Of a DNA stretch of 64,000 nt, positions 47,687 to 56,303 are shown piece by piece. Location: positions 798 through 64,797 of the IMG/VR virus record IMGVR_UViG_643348564_000003; one strand, 5' to 3'. Made by a program: the position numbers and the translations under genes. The notes below the pieces were generated by a model. It did not search any database. It had not been told where the DNA came from and saw nothing but the letters and a program-made list of their open reading frames with translations. Within the stretch, counting starts at the first letter, position 1. The number at the start of each line of letters is the position of its first letter. The DNA comes from a virus.

Positions 47687-48780
47687 GACAGCACCACCGT
47701 CACGGCATCGGCCGCGCGCGTGAGCCCGGTGTAGAGCCAGCGCCGCGCGGTCTCGCGAAAGGCGCAGCTCTCGTCGAACAGCACCACGCGATTCCACTGC
47801 GAGCCCTGCGCCTTGTGCACGGTGAGCGCGTAGCCGTACGTGAACTCGTCGAAGCCTCTGCGCTGCTTCGGGCTCAGCGCCTCTTCCTGGCCGTGGAAGA
47901 ACTCGCTGCGTACCTCCACCGGGACCGGCGCGGCGTCCGGGTCGTGGTCCGGCATGACCTCAAGTTCGACGATGGCGCCGTCGTTCTGCGCGACGTCGGC
48001 GACCTCCCAGAGCCCGCCGTTGAGCAGGCCCTTGTCCTTGTTGTTGCGCAGGCAAACGAGCCGGTCGCCGATCTCCGGGCCGGCCGGGTCGCGACCGTAG
48101 AGCCGTCGCACCTTCGCGTTCAGCCCGCGCCGGGTCTGGTTGCGACCGACCAGGATCTGGTCCGCGCGGAGCACGGCGCGCTGGCCGAGCGCCGCGCGCT
48201 GGATGACGCGGCTCTCGCCGTAGGCGCCGGCGGCGAGCCGCCCGCCCTGGCGCACGCGCATCGACAGCGCGATGATCGGGTTGTCCGCGGCCTGCCGATG
48301 CACCTCGGTGAGCATGAAATCGGGGTCGCCGCCCGTGAAGTAGCCAGCGCCGTCGACGGGCGGCAGCTGCGCGGGGTCGCCGAGCACGAGCACCTTGGTG
48401 CCGAAGCTCATCAGGTCTCGGCCAAGCTCAGGACCGACCATCGAGCACTCGTCGACGATGACGAGCGCGGCCGATGCGACGGGGCTGTCCTCGTTCAGCA
48501 CGAAGGTCACGCTGCCGTCGCGCCGCGGCTTCGGCCGGTAGATCAGCGAGTGGATCGTGGTGGCGCCGGTGCAGCCCTTCGCCCGCATGACGAGCGCAGC
48601 CTTGCCGGTGAAGGCGGCGAAGAGCACATCGCCTTTGACGCCCTCGGCAAGGTGCCGGGCGAGCGTGGTCTTGCCGGTCCCGGCGTAGCCGCCGAGGTAG
48701 AACGGCGCCCGGCCCGGGCTCTTGAGCCACGCCTTGACGGCGCGCAGGGCCTGATCCTGCTGGGGCGACCACGCCGTCAT
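47683..48780 (-). CDS. RecD-like SF1B helicase
   Basis: GGYAGTGKTT, VDECSM, GDPAQLPPV, EVHRQA, TVHKAQGSQW, YTGLTRA. Confidence 0.93.
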   Translation of the reverse strand: MTAWSPQQDQALRAVKAWLKSPGRAPFYLGGYAGTGKTTLARHLAEGVKGDVLFAAFTGKAALVMRAKGCTGATTIHSLIYRPKPRRDGSVTFVLNEDSPVASAALVIVDECSMVGPELGRDLMSFGTKVLVLGDPAQLPPVDGAGYFTGGDPDFMLTEVHRQAADNPIIALSMRVRQGGRLAAGAYGESRVIQRAALGQRAVLRADQILVGRNQTRRGLNAKVRRLYGRDPAGPEIGDRLVCLRNNKDKGLLNGGLWEVADVAQNDGAIVELEVMPDHDPDAAPVPVEVRSEFFHGQEEALSPKQRRGFDEFTYGYALTVHKAQGSQWNRVVLFDESCAFRETARRWLYTGLTRAADAVTVVLS

Positions 48781-49025
48781 GCGCGTTGCCCCGTTCGCTC
48801 GTAGGCCGCCAGGATCCGCTCCCGCTGGCGCGCCGGCAGCCCTTCCAGGATCCGCAGCGCGCGGGCGCGCCGCTCCGGGATGGATGGATCGCCCAGCGCC
48901 ACAGCGGCCGGATAGGCGTCCGGCACGCCGACGAGCGCTCCGGAGAGGCGCACCGCGTCCGCCCCGCGCGTGTGGACGCCGACGAGGCCAGGACGGAAGA
49001 CGGGCAGGGAGCGGAAGCCCGCCAT
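48777..49025 (-). CDS. Small hypothetical protein
   Basis: Overlapping start/stop coupling within operon. Confidence 0.55.
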   Translation of the reverse strand: MAGFRSLPVFRPGLVGVHTRGADAVRLSGALVGVPDAYPAAVALGDPSIPERRARALRILEGLPARQRERILAAYERTGQRA

Positions 49026-49029
49026 GGTG

Positions 49030-49596
49030 TCACTCCGCGGCCTGCAGGACGGGCGCGTCGAAGCGCCCGGCCTCGTCGCCCCAGGTGGCCCAGCCGGTGC
49101 GCGACTGGCGGCTGAAGAGCTCGCAACGGTACGCCGCCGGCACGAGCCGCTCGGCGATCGCGTAGGCCTCCTCCGGCTTGCGACTGTGCTGGCGCGCGCC
49201 GCCGCGGATGATGTTCGGGATGCTGCGCCCGTCGAACACGGGACGCCCCAGCGTGCCGATCAGGAACGGCTCGGCGACGGAGCGCATGATGTATCCCGTG
49301 CCCCAGCGCTGCTTGTCCCAGGTCCCGAAGGTCCGGTACCGGAAGCCCCAGGCCGCCATGACGCGCAGCGCGACGTCGAGCTTCGGGCCGGTGGCCCACA
49401 GCCACAGCACGGCGTCGCCGCGGGCGAGCTGGCCGACGGGCAGGGCGCAGATCGCCTCATCGGACATGCACGCGTACTGCGCCATGGCCGATTTCCTCAT
49501 GCCCTTCTCGGACCAGAGGTCGTAGGACCAGGGTGGATCTACCATCAGCATGCTGTAAGACAGCGGACGGAGATCTCCGAAAGGCCAGTCAAACAT
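49030..49596 (-). CDS. MT-A70 family N6-adenine methyltransferase
   Basis: VDPPW catalytic motif, LWLWAT, WGFRY, HSRKPEE, ELFSR. Confidence 0.92.
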   Translation of the reverse strand: MFDWPFGDLRPLSYSMLMVDPPWSYDLWSEKGMRKSAMAQYACMSDEAICALPVGQLARGDAVLWLWATGPKLDVALRVMAAWGFRYRTFGTWDKQRWGTGYIMRSVAEPFLIGTLGRPVFDGRSIPNIIRGGARQHSRKPEEAYAIAERLVPAAYRCELFSRQSRTGWATWGDEAGRFDAPVLQAAE

Positions 49597-50095
49597 TCTG
49601 GCCTCCCATTCGCTTGAGCGCATCCGCGAAAGGCAAGCCCGTAATAGGCACGATGCGACTGCGCTTGAACTTACCGGCGAATGCATGGCCAGGCGGCATA
49701 AGCTGACAGCACTGGCCAACTTCGCGCAGCGGCAGATAAGCGACGGCTTGAATGTCTAGAGCAACTAGCGCGACTAAATCGCAATGCTCCTCACTGAGAC
49801 GCCGTCCACGAGCAAGCTTTCCTCGTTTCCTCACATGGAACGTATAACCGATGCGCTCTGCACGCCCTCGAGCGTTCATGTTCGATGGAAAGCAGGTCGC
49901 CTTGACCTGCACTCTGATAAGGCGGACCTCAACATCGACGACGATGTCGTAGGAAAGCCCCTGATCGCTGAGATAACACCTGTAGCCGGACAAGATCAGG
50001 TCGGCACAAACCAGATGCTCAGCCGCCTTGCCGATGTCGAGCGCGTTGGCGCCACCCTTAGCGAGCCGCCGCAGAACGTCGTGGTCAACGTTCAT
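49589..50095 (-). CDS. PD-(D/E)XK endonuclease, homing-endonuclease-like
   Basis: GKAAEHLV...YDIVVD...IRVQVKA motif; lower GC than flanks. Confidence 0.85.
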   Translation of the reverse strand: MNVDHDVLRRLAKGGANALDIGKAAEHLVCADLILSGYRCYLSDQGLSYDIVVDVEVRLIRVQVKATCFPSNMNARGRAERIGYTFHVRKRGKLARGRRLSEEHCDLVALVALDIQAVAYLPLREVGQCCQLMPPGHAFAGKFKRSRIVPITGLPFADALKRMGGQNV

Positions 50096-50156
50096 GACGA
50101 CCCCCCATGATCAGCCCGAACGACAGAGGCGGCAGCGGGTCGAAGGGCCAGGTCAT
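50085..50156 (-). pseudogene. Stranded original 5' end of the MT-A70 gene
   Basis: MTWPFDPLPPLSFGLIM parallels the new start MFDWPFGDLRPLSYSMLM; ATG overlaps the upstream stop. Confidence 0.8.
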
Positions 50157-50578
50157 CGGCACCCCATCAGGGTCTTGATCCGCTCGAAGGCGCGCGGCGG
50201 ATCGCCGGGCACGCCGTCGTTGAAGGGCTCGAGCCCGTTCCGCTCGCGCATCAGGGCGATGCGGCGTCCGATCAGGCTGAGGAGATCGTGGCGGGCGTCG
50301 GCGTCCATCTCCTGGATCCACGCCGCGGCCTCGACGCGCGCGATCAGGGCTGGCCCGTCGGCGAGGCCCATCCGGCGCATGAACCGATCAAGGTCGCGGA
50401 TCTCCTCGCCGTGAGGACCGGCGAGCAGCGCCTCGAGCTTCTGCCGCTTCCAGGCGCGGTAGAGCTTCGAGAGCTGCTCGTCCTCGCGCAGCCGAATCTC
50501 GGCCTCCAGCCCCGAGAGGCGCATCTGCGCCGGGCCGCGGCTGCGGCGGCTCTCGGAATGGGACTGGAGCGCCGCCAC
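50153..50578 (-). CDS. Hypothetical protein
   Basis: Coupled ORF in operon; host-like codon usage. Confidence 0.65.
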   Translation of the reverse strand: MAALQSHSESRRSRGPAQMRLSGLEAEIRLREDEQLSKLYRAWKRQKLEALLAGPHGEEIRDLDRFMRRMGLADGPALIARVEAAAWIQEMDADARHDLLSLIGRRIALMRERNGLEPFNDGVPGDPPRAFERIKTLMGCR

Positions 50579-50580
50579 GC

Positions 50581-50970
50581 TCAGAACTCCGTCGCCGGCT
50601 CGGGCGCCGGACGCGGCCGCGCCGCGGCTGGCGGCAGCCCAAATGCCGCGCCGGCCGCGAGCGCGTCCTCGACGCAGTCCACCACGTGCACCGGAAAGCC
50701 GCGCTCCCGCAGGCCAGGGAGGAAGGCGCGCTGACTCGCGCTGAGGCTCCCGCCGGGCGCCTTGACCTCGATGAGAAAGCACCGACCGCCCCGGCCGTAC
50801 ACGATCAGGTCGGGGTGCCCCGCCTCGACGCCCATCTCCTTGAACGCCACGCCCTCGAGCTTGCCGCGGCGGCCGCCGTTCGGCACGTGCACGCACCGGC
50901 AGTCGAACCGCCGGTGCATGGCCACGACGATCTTGGTCTGGATCACCTGCTCGGGGCGGGCGCGGGTCAT
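50581..50970 (-). CDS. VRR-NUC domain nuclease
   Basis: HVPNGG...GVEAGHPDL...FLIEVKAPGGSLSASQ. Confidence 0.88.
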   Translation of the reverse strand: MTRARPEQVIQTKIVVAMHRRFDCRCVHVPNGGRRGKLEGVAFKEMGVEAGHPDLIVYGRGGRCFLIEVKAPGGSLSASQRAFLPGLRERGFPVHVVDCVEDALAAGAAFGLPPAAARPRPAPEPATEF

Positions 50971-51068
50971 CGCTGGCCTCCCGCGCGGCCATCGGTCGGT
51001 GCCGGCCGGCCCGTCTCCGGCGGCGTGAACTCGGAGGGACTGAAATCGACGAAGCCAGTCATCGCCGG

Positions 51069-51527
51069 TCACGCTCCGCGCGCTTCCGAAGCAAGACGGC
51101 GAAGCGTACGCGCCGCCTTCCACGCCTCATCTGCCGTAGACCGGAGCTGCTCCAGATCTTCGCCGCTTGAAGCAGGAGATGCTTGGGCAACCAGGCGCTC
51201 AAGGCGTTGAGCCAACGCCGCAGCTTTCTGAACTTCGGTCCGAAGCTCGCCGGCGCGGCGGGCATGCGCGGCCCGGATGGCGTCCATCTCGGCGGCGTCG
51301 ATCCGGCGAGCCTCGCGCCGCCAGATATCCTCGGCACGGCCATAGCTCATCGGCTCCTGAAGAACGGCAGAGACCGCGCGCGCGGCGCGCGTGATGGCAG
51401 CTTTCACGGTGTCGCCGACCGGCCGCGGTTCGGCGAGCTCTCGCAGAAGCTGAGAGGCTTGATCGACCGTCGTCATGCGACCGCCCTCGGAATACTTTTC
51501 CGAGCCCTCGGTATGTTTTCCCGGCAC
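51069..51527 (-). CDS. Phage regulatory protein (HTH, CII-position)
   Basis: KAAITRAARA...MSYGRAEDIWRREARRIDAAEMD. Confidence 0.6.
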   Translation of the reverse strand: MPGKHTEGSEKYSEGGRMTTVDQASQLLRELAEPRPVGDTVKAAITRAARAVSAVLQEPMSYGRAEDIWRREARRIDAAEMDAIRAAHARRAGELRTEVQKAAALAQRLERLVAQASPASSGEDLEQLRSTADEAWKAARTLRRLASEARGA

Positions 51528-52030
51528 GTCGGAAGGCTCCTGTGGTTCAACAGCGTCGAACCGAAAGGAACTTCGAGATGCAGGAGGTGGACAGGGATAC
51601 GCAGGACAACACGCGCGCGACCGACGATGCTTGCCGGCGAGCGGTCACGCGAAACCAGGAAAAGGAGAGCGCCCGCGCGGTCAGCGATGCGAGAGACCTT
51701 GATGGCGCGGGCGCACGCGCCGCCGAGCGCGGCACGTCGGAATTGAGGCCCCAAGAAGCCCCCCTCTCCGCACAGGGAGAGGGGGCCAGTCAGGGAGGAA
51801 TCGCCCACGACGGGCAGTGCTCCGACCGGCGACGCCACCGCCGGCCGGGGCCTCGGAGCGCGGGCCGGGCGGCCGGCGCGAACAGAATTGCTGGGCTGAG
51901 CTCCGCGAAGAGGGTTGCGCCCGGCCCGGAACGGACAGGGGCCGGTCGTTGCCGGACCGGGCGCGCCGCCGGCTGGGCCAGGCTTGCTGGACCGGCGGGT
52001 CTCGGGGGCGGAGGCGGAGCGCATGACGGC

Positions 52031-52363
52031 TCACGCCTCCCCGCGACTGGACGAGTGAAGACGCTGGGCTGGTGCGGGGCTGGTGCCGCCGCTGAGCGCA
52101 TCGCCGGCCTTCTCGAACACGGGCGGGTCGCCGTCGGCAGAGAGGCCGCGGACGAGGCGCGGACCGCTCTGGTGCGGGCCACCGCTCGCCATTACGGCGT
52201 CGCCGTCCAGAAAGCGGTCGAGCCACGCCCGCAGCTGAACGGCCTCGGTGCGCGTGAGCTGAAAATCGGCAGATGGGCCGGCCTCAGGAATTTGCCCGCG
52301 CACGAGATTGCCGATCGGAGCGACGCGGAGCGGGCCGATCTTCTGCGAAGCGGGCCGGATCAC
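52031..52363 (-). CDS. Hypothetical protein
   Basis: 110-aa ORF co-oriented with the operon. Confidence 0.45.
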   Translation of the reverse strand: MIRPASQKIGPLRVAPIGNLVRGQIPEAGPSADFQLTRTEAVQLRAWLDRFLDGDAVMASGGPHQSGPRLVRGLSADGDPPVFEKAGDALSGGTSPAPAQRLHSSSRGEA

Positions 52364-52470
52364 GCGGCGGCTCCCTTGCGGAAGGTGTAGGATGACGACA
52401 GCATGGATCGGTGAGAGGCCGGGTAGCGGCCCGGCCTCTCGCGCCGAAGATCACGGACAGGGAGATAACC

Positions 52471-52764
52471 GTGACCCGCGACGAGCTCGAAGATCGTGTG
52501 GCCGTGCTGGAGCGGCTCGTGCTGAGCCTGATCCAGCACATGGGCAAAGACGGGATGCTGACCGACGATCTCCGCAGCGAGATCGTGGATTCCCTCATCG
52601 AGGGTGCGACAGGCAACAAGGGCGAGGAGTTCCACGCCGATCTGTTGCGGCAGGCGATCGAGGGCGGATCGTCGGTGAGCGCCGGCGAGGGCGTGGCCGC
52701 GCTCCAGCGAAGATGGCGTCGTCAAGCCGACGCCTATGGCGGCAAGGTGCCCGAGATCGATTAG
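52471..52764 (+). CDS. Hypothetical protein, antisense to surrounding operon
   Basis: GGAG RBS, GTG start, helical acidic protein. Confidence 0.65.
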   Translation: MTRDELEDRVAVLERLVLSLIQHMGKDGMLTDDLRSEIVDSLIEGATGNKGEEFHADLLRQAIEGGSSVSAGEGVAALQRRWRRQADAYGGKVPEID

Positions 52765-52988
52765 GCGGCGCGCATCCGCCGCTCGAATTCGCGCGCGGCG
52801 CGGATGCGGGCGACCTCCGCGCGCCGCTCGGCATGATATGCGGCCCGCTCCAGTCCGCGCGTGACGAACCCGAAGTACCCCGTGCGCTTCTCCGGCCGCG
52901 CCGGCAGCTTCTTGCCGGCGCGCTTGGCCGGCTTGGACGGCGCATGCATGCGGCCCTTGAAATCGAGCCTGATGGAGCGACTGCGCAT
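52761..52988 (-). CDS. Small basic hypothetical protein
   Basis: AGGAG upstream; Arg/Lys rich. Confidence 0.55.
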   Translation of the reverse strand: MRSRSIRLDFKGRMHAPSKPAKRAGKKLPARPEKRTGYFGFVTRGLERAAYHAERRAEVARIRAAREFERRMRAA

Positions 52989-53018
52989 GGTGTGTCTCCT
53001 GATGTGTGAGGAGGCGGA

Positions 53019-53300
53019 TCATCGCGCCGCCTCCGCCATGGTGGGAGGAGTAGGGGTGTTGGGAGGGGTTGCCGCCGAGGCTGCTGCGGGCCCGTCTGAT
53101 TGAGCGCTCTCAAGAGCACCTCTGGTTGCAGGTCGCGCAATCACCACTGCGCGTGTCGCCACATTCTGCACGGCAAAAGCTGCAATATGCGCGGGCACCA
53201 TTCTATCGACCCCCAATCCGCACCAAGAATATTGCGCGCTCTCAACCACCGGCGTCGAACGTAGATTAGGTACATTCAAGCCTGTATTGAGTGTTCGCAC
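53019..53300 (-). CDS. Hypothetical protein
   Basis: ORF downstream of Cro-like gene; weak support. Confidence 0.35.
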   Translation of the reverse strand: MRTLNTGLNVPNLRSTPVVESAQYSWCGLGVDRMVPAHIAAFAVQNVATRAVVIARPATRGALESAQSDGPAAASAATPPNTPTPPTMAEAAR

Positions 53301-53377
53301 CTCTCTTCGGCTGGCCCAATCCGCTCTAGTAACGGTTGTGATAAGATGATCACCGGCAAGCTACATTTTGAAATACA

Positions 53378-53692
53378 TCACAATGTTGCTACAGCGTCTG
53401 GCGCAGCAGCTACGCATACCGAGAGAGACTCGTTATTATGGACGGGAAGGAAATCTTCAGCGGTCATAGGCACATTCAGCCGACGAGCCATATTGAGCAG
53501 CCGGACGTGGTGGCGCTGCGGTACGTTCCCGCCCGTCGCAGCTCTGTGCCGCTCGCGGGGCTGCGCCCACGCCCAGACACGGCTCCGGTGCACGTCGCAC
53601 TCCTCGGCTACGGGATCTATCCCCCCGAGCTTCAGGATGATGGATCGGGCCGGCTCACAGCGGAGCGAGGCGGGGCGGGTGCGGCTCGTCAT
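53378..53692 (-). CDS. Cro-like HTH regulator
   Basis: IILKLGGIDPVAEECDVHRSRVWAW...GNVPQRH; divergent from repressor. Confidence 0.78.
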   Translation of the reverse strand: MTSRTRPASLRCEPARSIILKLGGIDPVAEECDVHRSRVWAWAQPRERHRAATGGNVPQRHHVRLLNMARRLNVPMTAEDFLPVHNNESLSVCVAAAPDAVATL

Positions 53693-53699
53693 GCCTTCA

Positions 53700-53745
53700 G
53701 AAATCGCGATATTCACAAGCCATGTCAAGCCATATCGCGATTTTG
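53700..53745 (-). promoter_or_regulatory. PR-like promoter with two operators
   Basis: AAATCGCGATAT (53701) and ATATCGCGATTT (53732) flank TTGACA on the minus strand (53723-53728). Confidence 0.7.
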
Positions 53746-53783
53746 TCTACGGCCCTCGCCCACCCCCGTTGGGAAATAGTCGA

Positions 53784-54482
53784 ATGACATCCGTGCCTAG
53801 GGTGCCAAAAAGGCGCCGGAGAGCAGCATCCAACGGGGATCGGGAATTGTTGCGAGAATGGATCGCTGGGCAATTGCGCGATCGACGGATCCCGCAGAAA
53901 GCCCTCTCGTCCGCGATCGGCCTCAGCGAGGACGCGGTCAGTCGGATGCTGTCTGGCAAGCGCACGATCAAAGCCGACGAACTCAAGCGCATTTGCGCGT
54001 TCTTAGGTGTTAGCCCACCATTGACAGCACAACTCCCCGCGCGCGATGTGTCTTACGTTAAGGTCGTGGGAGAGGTCGCGGCAGGCGCCTTTGTAGACAT
54101 GCAGTATGTCGATTTCGTAGACTACGACATCCCCTACGTCGCTGATCCGCGTTGGCCTAAAGAAGCCATAACCGCGTACATAGTACGCGGGGAGAGCATT
54201 AACCGTCAGGCCCGTGACGGGGATCACATCATCGTACTTGACGCAAATGCAGCGCCGCGCCCGTACCAGTTGGGCGACTGGGTTGTCGTTGAGCAGCGGT
54301 GCGGCGACCTCGTCGAGACAACCGTAAAACAGGTGCGGGGCAGTGAGGGCGCATGGGAGTTGTGGCCTGACAGCAACGACGGCCGTTTTCAGCGACCACT
54401 CGTCGTTGCAGGTGACGGCGGAGACAACGTCCGCGTGATCGGCTTTGTCCTGGATTTCATCCGATCGGGGACCCGCTTCTGA
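53784..54482 (+). CDS. CI-like repressor (HTH + S24 peptidase)
   Basis: QKALSSAIGLSEDAVSRMLSGKR HTH; VAAG cleavage site; VRGESI (Ser) and TVKQ (Lys). Confidence 0.9.
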   Translation: MTSVPRVPKRRRRAASNGDRELLREWIAGQLRDRRIPQKALSSAIGLSEDAVSRMLSGKRTIKADELKRICAFLGVSPPLTAQLPARDVSYVKVVGEVAAGAFVDMQYVDFVDYDIPYVADPRWPKEAITAYIVRGESINRQARDGDHIIVLDANAAPRPYQLGDWVVVEQRCGDLVETTVKQVRGSEGAWELWPDSNDGRFQRPLVVAGDGGDNVRVIGFVLDFIRSGTRF

Positions 54483-54493
54483 GATAATCGACA

Positions 54494-54537
54494 AAATCGC
54501 GATTTCCTTGTTGACCAAATCGCGAAAACCGCGATTA
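54494..54537 (+). promoter_or_regulatory. PL-like promoter with operators
   Basis: Perfect AAATCGCGATTT at 54494-54505, TTGACC at 54511, further ATCGCG half-sites. Confidence 0.7.
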
Positions 54538-54565
54538 TGGGGTCATCCACCACGGATGCCCCCAC

Positions 54566-54823
54566 ATGCTCACCCGCCCCCAACCCGACCCGTTCGCCTC
54601 TGCGCCGCCCCCGCGGGCGCCGCACTTCCCCACTGAGATCTTCCCTGCCTTCGAGCCGCCGCTGTTCCTGCGGGAGCCGCTCCCTGAAGATGAGCCTCAG
54701 CGCGAGCCCGCGGACCGCGATTGGCTCGCGACGGGCCTCGTCATCTTCGCGGCGGCGATCCTCATCGCGCTGGCCCTGAGCGGCGGCGCGCTGGTCAACG
54801 CGGTGCGTGGGGGTGTGCTGTGA
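54566..54823 (+). CDS. Small membrane protein
   Basis: C-terminal hydrophobic helix; first gene of early operon. Confidence 0.6.
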   Translation: MLTRPQPDPFASAPPPRAPHFPTEIFPAFEPPLFLREPLPEDEPQREPADRDWLATGLVIFAAAILIALALSGGALVNAVRGGVL

Positions 54824-55071
54824 TGGCAACCCCGGCCTCCCGGCGCGACCCGCGCACCATCCGCTACGGCGAGCTGAAGGACTTCACGAGCGAGAAGGGC
54901 ACCATCCGCGCGGTCACCCGCGCCGAGGCCGCCGAGGTCCTGAAGACCCACATCCGCGGCCCGAAGTTCACGCCATCGCTCCGCAACGAGCCGTGCAACC
55001 CGGTACCCGGCGTCGACTACCTCGGTACGCGCGCCGTCGTGCGGCAGATGAATCGGGGAGGCGCGCAATGA
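54823..55071 (+). CDS. Hypothetical protein
   Basis: TGATG coupling. Confidence 0.6.
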   Translation: MATPASRRDPRTIRYGELKDFTSEKGTIRAVTRAEAAEVLKTHIRGPKFTPSLRNEPCNPVPGVDYLGTRAVVRQMNRGGAQ

Positions 55072-55475
55072 GCCGCCGCGAGCCGCCCCGCACGTATCTC
55101 GCCCACTTCGTCGATGCCTCGGGCCGGAAGTGGATCGAGGAAACCACCGTCGAAAACGGCCTCACCGCGATCACGGCATTCCTTGCCGCCGACGAGCGCC
55201 AGGGCTCGACGCTGAAGGAGGTCTACGAGCTCGACATCACCGACCCGCTGACGCCGGTCGCCCGCAACGTCACTGCGATGGCGCTCGGCAAGGTCGTCGA
55301 CCTGATCGATCACGACGACGATCGCGATGCGCTGCCGGCGAGCCTGGAGGATGCGGCCCGGCGCCATGGCGTCACCGGGCCGGCCGAGAAGGCGCCGCGC
55401 GTGCCGGATGGGCTCGATTTCATTGAGGTCGGCCGCCGCGAATACGTCTTCCAGGTGCACGGGCGGGGGCTGTGA
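55068..55475 (+). CDS. Hypothetical protein
   Basis: ATGA coupling, GGAGG RBS. Confidence 0.65.
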   Translation: MSRREPPRTYLAHFVDASGRKWIEETTVENGLTAITAFLAADERQGSTLKEVYELDITDPLTPVARNVTAMALGKVVDLIDHDDDRDALPASLEDAARRHGVTGPAEKAPRVPDGLDFIEVGRREYVFQVHGRGL

Positions 55476-55759
55476 TGATGTCGCCCGTCATCAGCCTCGT
55501 CACCGGCCGCCCGGTGGATCCCGTCACTCTGCCGGCCTTCGCGGATTTCCGGGCCCAACAGCGCGCTACCCTCGCTGCCGAGCAAGCTGGTGCCCTTCTC
55601 GTCGTGGCGGACGACCTCCTGCGCATCAAGAGCCTGCTCGCCATCGCCGACCCAGTCACGAGTGCGCAGGTCGATGCTCTCCTGAGCCACGCCGGCGGCG
55701 TGATCATCGCGGAGCTGCGGGCCGCAGCCGCGGTGCAGGCGGGGAGGGTGCGTCCGTGA
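55472..55759 (+). CDS. Hypothetical protein
   Basis: Coupled ORF in operon. Confidence 0.6.
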   Translation: MMMSPVISLVTGRPVDPVTLPAFADFRAQQRATLAAEQAGALLVVADDLLRIKSLLAIADPVTSAQVDALLSHAGGVIIAELRAAAAVQAGRVRP

Positions 55760-56070
55760 GCCCCGCCGAAGCCTCCCAGACCTTCCGCGCCTACCTCGAC
55801 GCGCTCGGCTGCCCGGCCCCGTGGGCAGTCGTTGAGCGGTCCGGCCGCATGATCGTGGACGCCGAGGGCAAGCCCTGCGCTTCGGCGATGCCGGTCGCCT
55901 CGGTGGCCATCGTGCATGAGCGGGCCGAGCTGATCTGCTCGGCGGTCAACGCGATGGCCGGTGTCCTGCCGGCGGGCGCCATGGCGCCGCTCGACCCGGC
56001 CCACCTCGACGCGCTGTCGGCCGAGACGGCGCATTTCCTCCGGCGCGTTGGCGCTGCGGCGGGGGAGTGA
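55756..56070 (+). CDS. Hypothetical protein
   Basis: GTGA coupling. Confidence 0.6.
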   Translation: MSPAEASQTFRAYLDALGCPAPWAVVERSGRMIVDAEGKPCASAMPVASVAIVHERAELICSAVNAMAGVLPAGAMAPLDPAHLDALSAETAHFLRRVGAAAGE

Positions 56071-56303
56071 CGGCGATGAGTTACGAGCGCGACAAGCTTC
56101 TGGCTGGCGTCATTGAGACGTCGTGGCGCGAGATGGACCGCTTCGCCGGCCGCGTCGCTCGCTACTTCAACGACCATCCGAACAAGGATGCGTCCGCCAT
56201 GGCGTCATGCCTTGTCCGGGCCGCTGAGGACGAGCTGCACGAGGATTACGTCAAGAAGCAGCAGGCTGCCGAAGCGAAGCGTCTGGCGGAGTCTGCGTCA
56301 TGA
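56067..56303 (+). CDS. Hypothetical protein
   Basis: Coupled ORF in operon. Confidence 0.55.
   Translation: MTAMSYERDKLLAGVIETSWREMDRFAGRVARYFNDHPNKDASAMASCLVRAAEDELHEDYVKKQQAAEAKRLAESAS

Noticed and set aside
49030-50095. Classical type II restriction-modification pair
   Set aside because: Not excluded but disfavoured: the duplicated methyltransferase 5' end and the GC contrast show the nuclease arrived by insertion into a pre-existing gene.
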